From Armatimonadota bacterium (GTDB lineage Bacteria; Armatimonadota; UBA5829; DTLH01), in the NCBI GenBank assembly GCA_039679675.1, contig JBDKUN010000033.1, positions 212,279 to 276,278 on the forward strand: a DNA stretch of 64,000 bases, given 5' to 3'. Below, in pieces: positions 42,327-49,728 of the stretch. The notes under the pieces were generated by a model. The model was not told the origin of the DNA. It searched no databases and was given only the letters and a program-made list of their open reading frames with translations. Each line of letters starts with the position of its first letter. The stretch's first letter is position 1. The translations under genes were made by a program, and so were the position numbers.

Positions 42327-42611
42327 TTACTCCTGATCGAGCCAAGAAACCATTAAATCCGTTGATATATCTTTTGGCTCTAGACCACCCTTTTGCAATT
42401 GATCTTCTACATTCTGTACATTAGAGCCTACTGTTATAGATAATGCGGTTCCATCGCTAAAATGCAACACTATTGCTTCGGCTTGATGCACTTTAGGGTG
42501 TGTGTATTCTTCACCAAATTCTACAGCAGATATTGTTTTGCCTTTAGCCTGCTCTAGTTTAAACGCTTTTTGTTCAGGTCGTGCAGAATCGATAAATTCA
42601 GGGGCACGCAT
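42327..42611 (-). CDS. Hypothetical protein (94 aa)
   Basis: GGAGG RBS before ATG; no family recognised. Confidence 0.7.
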   Translation of the reverse strand: MRAPEFIDSARPEQKAFKLEQAKGKTISAVEFGEEYTHPKVHQAEAIVLHFSDGTALSITVGSNVQNVEDQLQKGGLEPKDISTDLMVSWLDQE

Positions 42612-42655
42612 ATGATATCCTCCGTTTGTTATTTAGAAAAAACCTTTCCCGAAAC

Positions 42656-42784
42656 TAGTGCTTTGTAAAGTTGAATATTAATAAATAGCATGTCATCCTG
42701 ATCGAAGCGAAGGATCTCAACTGTCCGACATTTTGAGATTCTTCACTGCGTTCAGAATGACATAATCAACTTTACAAAGTACTA
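42656..42784 (-). repeat. REP/MITE-like palindromic element, copy 2 (inverted), with outer inverted repeat
   Basis: Reverse complement of 13546-13650; flanked by CTTTGTAAAGTTGA...TCAACTTTACAAAG. Confidence 0.85.
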
Positions 42785-42803
42785 ATATGATACTTGGAAT
42801 TTA

Positions 42804-43190
42804 CTATATCTTGTTAACAGCGTGCAACTCGTTATCGATGTCCACAGGATTATCCTTGGGCATCCTAGCTCTAATATTGTGGATGACCAGTGCGCGGGAA
42901 GTTCTTGTCCTCAACCATAATATGCCAAGGATAATACCGCCGACGAACCCTACAGCCGTCACCACTGTGAAGATGCAATAGGTTTTCATCGATTTTATAT
43001 CTGTTGTAATTATAGAAATTAAGAATGATACAGCCGTTGAGAAAAGAAGAATTGCAAAATTGAGATACAAGCTATCTGGACCACCACGTTCGAGTTCGTT
43101 GAGCTCTGAATCCGTGACTTCATAGAGAGAGAGTGAGTCAACCTTGCCTCTAAATATTCGAAAATTATCAACGCCTTCACTTTGTGTCAT
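42804..43190 (-). CDS. Hypothetical 2-TM protein
   Basis: Soluble N-terminus (RGKVDSLSLYEVTDSELNELERG) then two TM helices; starts 4 nt after the upstream gene. Confidence 0.8.
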   Translation of the reverse strand: MTQSEGVDNFRIFRGKVDSLSLYEVTDSELNELERGGPDSLYLNFAILLFSTAVSFLISIITTDIKSMKTYCIFTVVTAVGFVGGIILGILWLRTRTSRALVIHNIRARMPKDNPVDIDNELHAVNKI

Positions 43191-43194
43191 GGGT

Positions 43195-43458
43195 TCAAAC
43201 GTTCTCTTTCAGCCACTCATTTCGGCAAATAACATTGTTCCATGCTGCCGTATTTCCCGACTTAACAATAAATATGCGACTATTTTGGGGAAGGCAATTG
43301 AGAATATGGTCGCGTATCTGTTTGTGATCCTTTTCTGAAACTACAGCCCAGGTAGATTCGGTAATATGAGCCCAAGTCCCATAGGACTTGATGGCTTCAA
43401 CAACCGGATCGATCTCGGCTCCTGCAGGCATATCCATAGATATGATGTAACAGGCCAT
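43195..43458 (-). CDS. Small Cas2/VapD-like ferredoxin-fold protein
   Basis: YIISMD N-terminal strand ending in Asp, AIKSYG.WAHI.ESTW, SRIFIVK; AAGG RBS. Confidence 0.6.
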   Translation of the reverse strand: MACYIISMDMPAGAEIDPVVEAIKSYGTWAHITESTWAVVSEKDHKQIRDHILNCLPQNSRIFIVKSGNTAAWNNVICRNEWLKENV

Positions 43459-43611
43459 TACTGTTTCCTTTACTCTATGTCCTTATGTGTGTGCGTAATT
43501 CAGCCCCTAGAGAGTGCAGTACTTTCTTGCACCACCATACCAATGCCTCTAGAGGACTGTATTCAGTGATGAATACCCTATTGATTTGGGATAACATTTC
43601 CAAAAGCGGCT

Positions 43612-43682
43612 AAACGTACAAAAAGCAGAGCAATTATACAACTACTCTGCCATAATATTCAAATATTAAGTTGGCTCCCCGA
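43612..43682 (-). repeat. att-like repeat C, best-preserved tRNA 3' end (TCGGGGAGCCA) + terminator hairpin
   Basis: Minus strand TCGGGGAGCCA-acttaatatttgaatattat-GGCAGAG-loop-CTCTGC-TTTTT. Confidence 0.72.
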
Positions 43683-44062
43683 TGGAGTTAGTGTCAAGAA
43701 CGTTCAGAGCCATCTTTCAGCTTCAAAAACGGAATAGAAGAACTGACCAGCCAGACAAAAAGCCCAGAATTTACCGTAATCCAATGCACGTCGCACGTGA
43801 GTGTTTAACAGCCATACATAGTAATGGTTATCCATCCATTGGAGCATACGCCCGAGCCATAGGCATCTCTACCTCCAGAGTTAGCCAAATCCTAAAGGTC
43901 TTAGAATTGACAGACGAGGTTGTATCACTAGTGGAATCGCTGGGAGATCCCCTGCCCAAGCCGATTGTAACGGAAAGGCGATTAAGGCTGTTAGCCAATC
44001 TGCCGCCCGAAGAGCAACTAAAACAGACTAGAGCGCTAATACGAAAGGATGCATTAGCTTGA
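43682..44062 (+). CDS. HTH protein of the kind found at ends of integrative elements
   Basis: YARAIGISTSRVSQILKVLEL HTH and VTERRLR; begins at the att-like repeat; start uncertain. Confidence 0.6.
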   Translation: MELVSRTFRAIFQLQKRNRRTDQPDKKPRIYRNPMHVARECLTAIHSNGYPSIGAYARAIGISTSRVSQILKVLELTDEVVSLVESLGDPLPKPIVTERRLRLLANLPPEEQLKQTRALIRKDALA

Positions 44063-44295
44063 TAAAGACGTGCTATATCACCGTCCAGAAAGCCAGGAAT
44101 AACGGTTTTGCAGAGCTATGTTTGTCAATTCGCTAGCTATCGCCTGCTGGTAGTCGGTCCGTCGTGAGCGTGAAACCCACATAATCCGGTGTTATTACAT
44201 CCGCCAAACGGTGCCAATAACGGCACCTGCTGGAGTATTCGTTAGCAGAATGTTAGCAAAATATTGATGACCAAAGACGATTATCTAGGAGGTAG

Positions 44296-44490
44296 TCAGT
44301 GCGCTTGTTTTTTCGACTCATCGTGCTGAAGTTGTAATGCTCGGTATTTATTAACTATCAGTTCGGCTATTATTGCTTGCGCACGCGTCCAGTTGATACT
44401 CGTCATCTGTTCATCGCATCGCACTACTCGTATCTTAATTCGTCGGTTCTTGTTGTCCATCTTAATCAACCCTCTACCTTCTTGGTTCAT
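44296..44490 (-). CDS. Small hypothetical protein
   Basis: 64-aa basic ORF; no family recognised. Confidence 0.4.
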   Translation of the reverse strand: MNQEGRGLIKMDNKNRRIKIRVVRCDEQMTSINWTRAQAIIAELIVNKYRALQLQHDESKKQAH

Positions 44491-44600
44491 TCATATCCCC
44501 GTACATACGCACACTTATCGGCTAATATTAGCATAATTGTCAGCAGCTATATGCCAGAGTAATGCTATGCAAAGGCATGATGAGTTCGATTACCCACACA

Positions 44601-46700
44601 CTAACTCGTTAGTGTTCTGCCATGTGCCGACAATGCGCGGAGATCATCTAAGAACTCTGATGCCGTGTCGACACTGGTCACTAATAGATGATCCCTGGCA
44701 CGGGTGCAGGCAACATACAAGAGATGACGTTCCGTGTTATATACCTCTTCCAAATCACTATCATCAGTTACAGTCTCAATACGTTCCTGTAGAGGGATTA
44801 TTTCATCATCACAGGCCATCACCGCCACAGCACGAAATTCCAAGCCTTTGGCAAGGTGCATTATGCTGACAGAAACCTCATTGGTTGTTTCAACACAATT
44901 GTCGAGTATGTTAGGTGCAAGTCCCGCTTGTTTGACTGCTGCGCAGGCCCGATCCAGTTCAGTCTCTGATCGCACGAATACGCCTATCTCGTGTGGCATT
45001 ACTCCCTCTTTGGTTCGTTCAACCATCCAATCGGCCACGGCACTTATCTCATCTTCCTGGCAGTCAAAGGTCCTAATTAAAGGAGATGGTCCGTTAAACA
45101 CCGAAACCGTACCTCTCCGGTTCTCTATATTGCCGTCAACATCAGACAATTCAGGCCCAAGCAATCGATCCGCCTGTATCCTTATCTGGTGGGAAGTCCG
45201 GTAGTTGATTCTAAGAGTTTGTGAGCGCCCTCGGATGTCTACTCCGAGCGATTTCCAAGAGAATGGCTGCTGGAATATTCGCTGTCCAAGATCACCTGCA
45301 AAGAATAAGCTGTTTGGTCGGCTATTACCCATTGCTGCAAGGAATCTCAACTGAGCAACACTAACGTCCTGCGCCTCATCTATCACACAGAAATCAAACG
45401 GTGGATGCTGCACTTGGGCAAAATGCGCTGCCAACCGGCTGAACATTGTAGATGGGGTGATGACTCCATCAGATTTTAGTTTAGACTGAACTTGGTCAAA
45501 GATAGACCAGAGCACCAATCTCTGATTCTCTGGTAACCGGGTCTTTCGTCCCAATCGGGAAATATCACGATATGCTTCCCAGGTTTCTAACTGCCAGGCG
45601 TCAACCACCTGTGTCCACTCGGACATTAGAAAATGCTGGCTGAACTTGTGCCCTCCGACACCCACTGATGCCTCTGCAAGAATACGTTGAATCGCTCCCC
45701 GAGATGCAATCTGAATCTTACCAAAACTCAATTCGTAAAGCCGCAGAGCTATGGCGTTTATGGCGTGAACCTCAATTTGTTCGCCCAGACGCGGTTCATT
45801 GCTGATGAGCCGCCTCAATTTGGTTCGCAGCACATTCGCCAGAGTATCAGAGAACGTTGTAAGCAGCACGCGTGCATCAGGATTGGTGTGGGCCAGGAAG
45901 ACCGCCCGATGCAGAGCCACGATTGTCTTACCTGTGCCAGCAGACCCTGACACACGTGCCGGGCCATTGAAGTTCCTTTCAACCAATTGGCGTTGTGCAG
46001 GATGGAGGAATATCGTCCATTTCTCCCACGGATACTCGAATGCACGCTCCAGTTCCTCTATATTATGCACCGTGCGGAACCGGCGTTGCGCATCTGGATG
46101 GTCAAATGGGCCAGTGGTGGCACCCAATTGCAGCTGAACCTGTGGTGTTAAACCCATAGCCAAGTCAAACAACGCTTCTGATGCTTCTCCCGGCAAATGA
46201 TCGATTAATGCCAACAACGCGTCTTCATCAGCATTCTTTACATCAGCCAACCATTCTTCAGGCACACCGTAACCAAGCAGGAGATCCTCCGGCAAGTGCG
46301 CAAACAAAGGAACTGCCGGTTCTGATTGTTTTTCCCTGTCTACATATCTAGGGACAGCGATTTCCTGAACTGTTTCTCGAATCTCCACTAACTGCGCTGC
46401 ACCAGTTTTTGGATGAGTTTCAAGTTTGCGGCGGCTTGCCCAATCATAGGCATCATCGTGGTGCCCTACGTAGCACAGCAGAAGGCTTTCATCCGTTCTG
46501 TGGACGATCAACCGAATATTGCTGCTCACGCGCACGGACCAGAAATTCTTATCCTTCGCTCTGTCGAGTTTGTGGAACTGCATTCCCGGATTGGCTGGAT
46601 TTAATTGCAGGTCGAAGGCTGTCGTCTTCACAACCTTCTGTTCATCACCGGTCAGCCTGGCGAGGCTGTCAGTAAAAGTATCGGCAATACGAAATTCCAT
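44601..46700 (-). CDS. UvrD/SF1 helicase with N-terminal RelE-like domain
   Basis: Walker A GSAGTGKT, IDEAQD, GDLGQRI, NYRTS, AKGLEF, LYVACTRAR; N-terminus F..SL..L...FHKL...WSVRV...RLI is RelE/ParE-like. Confidence 0.88.
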   Translation of the reverse strand: MEFRIADTFTDSLARLTGDEQKVVKTTAFDLQLNPANPGMQFHKLDRAKDKNFWSVRVSSNIRLIVHRTDESLLLCYVGHHDDAYDWASRRKLETHPKTGAAQLVEIRETVQEIAVPRYVDREKQSEPAVPLFAHLPEDLLLGYGVPEEWLADVKNADEDALLALIDHLPGEASEALFDLAMGLTPQVQLQLGATTGPFDHPDAQRRFRTVHNIEELERAFEYPWEKWTIFLHPAQRQLVERNFNGPARVSGSAGTGKTIVALHRAVFLAHTNPDARVLLTTFSDTLANVLRTKLRRLISNEPRLGEQIEVHAINAIALRLYELSFGKIQIASRGAIQRILAEASVGVGGHKFSQHFLMSEWTQVVDAWQLETWEAYRDISRLGRKTRLPENQRLVLWSIFDQVQSKLKSDGVITPSTMFSRLAAHFAQVQHPPFDFCVIDEAQDVSVAQLRFLAAMGNSRPNSLFFAGDLGQRIFQQPFSWKSLGVDIRGRSQTLRINYRTSHQIRIQADRLLGPELSDVDGNIENRRGTVSVFNGPSPLIRTFDCQEDEISAVADWMVERTKEGVMPHEIGVFVRSETELDRACAAVKQAGLAPNILDNCVETTNEVSVSIMHLAKGLEFRAVAVMACDDEIIPLQERIETVTDDSDLEEVYNTERHLLYVACTRARDHLLVTSVDTASEFLDDLRALSAHGRTLTS

Positions 46701-46723
46701 AATTTGCTATAGCCTCAATTCCG

Positions 46724-48856
46724 TTAGGGCAGGAATACTTTTGCATCAGCGAGGAGTTCTCTCTCAAATTCATCCAATCCCAAGTCATCAACCTTTAGTT
46801 TCTTCAGTTTTGCCAACGCAACATCAAGATCTTCCGTCTCACCAATAAGCTTGGTGATTTTTACTCCCACCTGAAGCGGCACCCCATACTCATCTAGAGC
46901 CGCTGCAACTGGGTTTTCGAAAAAACATTCAATTTGTGATGCAAACGACGAATAATCACCGAATTCTAAACCTATTGGCTCGAATACAGCGCGTTGAATC
47001 TTTGACACTGCCATCAAATATCGCGGTAACTCGAAACTCGCCCAGGTTCTCTCAAACTCAAGAACTCGCTGAACCGCTTCGTCTGGTGTCTGTGCGGCAT
47101 ATTTTCCTGGCTGAAGCTCGTTTTTTACTCTCATTGCTGTGTCTGGCGTTTTTTGCATCTGCGAGATCTTCAGTGCCAATTGCCTTGCAGAATAGACGCC
47201 CCCACGGCTACGCGTGGACTGAACGAAGAAGGTCCATATCAACTCACAGACCGCTAATAGCTCAGCCCATTTGGGAAAGTGGTTCCAACTCAATTTAGCT
47301 GACCAGTAATCTGGCCTATCCAGCAAGTGCTGCGCGAGCCGAATCTGCGCTTCTGGATCAATTGAGGAATTCTCACGCAGTACCGATAAAGGAAGTACTT
47401 TCTGCTCACGATACTCACGCACCCGTTCTTGTGAAGATGGAGCTAAGTCCTCATCTTCCATCTGCACTAACAGGCTATTGGGCGTATCACTTTCCTGCGA
47501 GAATACAGGGAAATCAACGAAAGGGAGTTGCTCCATCGGCGGTTCATTAAATAGATATACATAGCCTACATAATGCTCAAACATGCGACCGGATCGCCCT
47601 TTGATATTATTGAACGTGAAGAAGTCGATCTGTTTACGAGCAATCTTATTGTCAAATATGATAACATTCTTCGCTTTGGTGTTCACACCTTCAATGAGGG
47701 TCGACGTGCAAATAAGAAACCGCAATTTGAGGTCGTTGAACTGGCGAACCACATACTGTGCTAGGGCACGTGGCAGCTTTCCATGATGGATGCCAATGCC
47801 ATTCCTGAGGGATTTTCCAAGAACCCAGTCTTGGTGATACATCTTCCCGGCCCATTCCACAGCAGGAAGAAGATCTGGTTGCTCAGCAGTAACGCCTCCA
47901 GCTAACAATGCGTGCGCGACCTCATTAACTCGCGCTGGTGACTTGCAGAATATCAGAGTAGGTTCATCAAGTTCGCTACAGAGGTCTATAAGCCGTTCAA
48001 TATCATCACCCTTGCCCGGCACTTTGATCTGTTCAGATACTACTGTTGTGAAGTTTGTGGGATAGAAATAACATCTGAACGCTGCTTCCAGCCCATCGGG
48101 GATGCGCTGAATGTTCGGTCCTAAGAGGTAGAACTGCCCTCCGAACTTACGAAGTTTATAGAACGCTTGATTAAGAGCTACGGTTCTTATCTCATCGTCA
48201 GACATATCATTCAACTTGTAGAACTCATCGATAATGAAAAACTCAATGGTAGGGAATCGGTCGTAAGCCACTGCTCGCTCAGCAGTGAAGACAAAGATGG
48301 TGGAATCTCCAGGGTCTTGCGATAGGTGGGTTACGATCTTATACCTGTCTGAGAACTGAGTGAGCCGTCTTCGCGTCTCATCAATCAGTGCAAGTGTGGG
48401 AACGATTACTGCGATATTCCGAAACTTGCCAGTGGCAATGATAGCATCTATGATCTTGCTCTTACCGAAACTGGTTGGCGCACTAAGAATTACGTTGTCC
48501 CCATCAAGCAATCGTCGATATATTTCGGCTTGCTCACGGTGAAATACAAACTCATCACCCATGTTGTCGGGACGATGAAGTTCGTAAGCGATGGCATCTC
48601 TAAAGTCTAATGAATCCTGGTCTAAGTATGGGAACAGTCCCTCTGAACGCACTAGAGAATCTAGTATAGCGACATAAGGCTCAAAATGATCGCGATGTTC
48701 CAGAGCCCTTAAAACCATCTCATGGGCAAGTGTTGTTTGTTCGGGGTCTGACACAAGGCAAGAAATAGCCTTGAGGATATTGAATGCATGCTGCCCTATT
48801 GCGTCCGTAGAACGGAGCATATCTCTGAGTTTAGTAATAGTTATAGATTCTGCCAT
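46724..48856 (-). CDS. hamB: Hachiman HamB, SF2 (Ski2-like) helicase
   Basis: SAPTSFGKS, IVPTLAL, IIDEFYK, GIGIHHG, CTSTLIEGVN, NIKGRSGR; overlaps a DUF1837-like gene. Confidence 0.88.
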   Translation of the reverse strand: MAESITITKLRDMLRSTDAIGQHAFNILKAISCLVSDPEQTTLAHEMVLRALEHRDHFEPYVAILDSLVRSEGLFPYLDQDSLDFRDAIAYELHRPDNMGDEFVFHREQAEIYRRLLDGDNVILSAPTSFGKSKIIDAIIATGKFRNIAVIVPTLALIDETRRRLTQFSDRYKIVTHLSQDPGDSTIFVFTAERAVAYDRFPTIEFFIIDEFYKLNDMSDDEIRTVALNQAFYKLRKFGGQFYLLGPNIQRIPDGLEAAFRCYFYPTNFTTVVSEQIKVPGKGDDIERLIDLCSELDEPTLIFCKSPARVNEVAHALLAGGVTAEQPDLLPAVEWAGKMYHQDWVLGKSLRNGIGIHHGKLPRALAQYVVRQFNDLKLRFLICTSTLIEGVNTKAKNVIIFDNKIARKQIDFFTFNNIKGRSGRMFEHYVGYVYLFNEPPMEQLPFVDFPVFSQESDTPNSLLVQMEDEDLAPSSQERVREYREQKVLPLSVLRENSSIDPEAQIRLAQHLLDRPDYWSAKLSWNHFPKWAELLAVCELIWTFFVQSTRSRGGVYSARQLALKISQMQKTPDTAMRVKNELQPGKYAAQTPDEAVQRVLEFERTWASFELPRYLMAVSKIQRAVFEPIGLEFGDYSSFASQIECFFENPVAAALDEYGVPLQVGVKITKLIGETEDLDVALAKLKKLKVDDLGLDEFERELLADAKVFLP

Positions 48857-49692
48857 AGTTTTAGTTTCTCATCAAGCAACTTCACCAGAGTCTCCTTCTT
48901 TTGGAGTGGCAGTAGAAACAGATGAATGCGGATTTCCTTTGGAAGATTGCGTTTGGCAAAAGAGGTGTAGTGCCTATTGATCTCACGTTCAAACTCATTT
49001 GCATAATCTGTATCGCAGATATTGTGTGCAGCGATACAAGGACTGTCATAAGTGAGCAGAACAGGTATACACACCCGCTCAAAAACTTCATCCAGGGATG
49101 TCTCAGGTTGGAGTAGCTTTTCCAGTATTTTGGAGTGAGGCCACATTGGGTCGATCTTATTTACAATGAGTGCAAACTCGTCGCGCAGATAATCCGTCTC
49201 AAGGTGCTGTTGCAGTTCGGCAACAACATCAGATATAGCCCGAGAGATATCATTGTAGAACTTGGCTTCTCCAAGCCAGAGCTCAAGATCGTCAGGAGGA
49301 CCAACTACGTGGACAGCATCAAAGCCTTTCACTGTATCGTTGTTGCTCGACTTGTAGTATATTTTCGATACAGCAGGGAGCGCATCGAAGACCTGTCGTA
49401 TTGCTGCGTGTAAAAATATCTCTCCAAACTCGCCGCGATTGCTGAATTTATCTGAATCATAAACACGCTTGGCTGCTTGACGCATCAGCTTGGCGCAATT
49501 ATGGTGTCCAATTGTTTCGCATTCAGATGCAGTAAGTGCAAACTCTGGTAACCAATCCATTATGTGATCCGCCAGTTGTGCATCACGCCACTTACCTCGC
49601 TCGTAGCCCACACAGAGCCCAGAAAGCGAAGGTTCAATATCAATATTATGGACCCGAACAGTTAGAAATTGATCTGGCTTAGCAAAATGCAT
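48841..49692 (-). CDS. hamA: Hachiman HamA (DUF1837) nuclease
   Basis: RGEFGEIFLH, KGFDAVH, LWLGEAKFY, IPVLLTYDS, LFLLP. Confidence 0.9.
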   Translation of the reverse strand: MHFAKPDQFLTVRVHNIDIEPSLSGLCVGYERGKWRDAQLADHIMDWLPEFALTASECETIGHHNCAKLMRQAAKRVYDSDKFSNRGEFGEIFLHAAIRQVFDALPAVSKIYYKSSNNDTVKGFDAVHVVGPPDDLELWLGEAKFYNDISRAISDVVAELQQHLETDYLRDEFALIVNKIDPMWPHSKILEKLLQPETSLDEVFERVCIPVLLTYDSPCIAAHNICDTDYANEFEREINRHYTSFAKRNLPKEIRIHLFLLPLQKKETLVKLLDEKLKLWQNL

Positions 49693-49728
49693 AGGAATAT
49701 GATGCTCCTATATTGGTTGTAAATCTAA

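Noticed and set aside
42804..43610. CRISPR-Cas locus suggested by the Cas2-like gene
   Set aside because: No cas1 or effector genes and no regularly spaced repeat-spacer array anywhere in the window.
43612..43760. Intact tRNA gene
   Set aside because: Only ~11 nt of acceptor end; no T-loop GTTC or cloverleaf upstream on the minus strand.
30054..46700. Gabija (OLD nuclease + UvrD)
   Set aside because: The genes are ~13 kb apart, on opposite strands and in different att-bounded modules; the UvrD carries a RelE-like domain unlike GajB.
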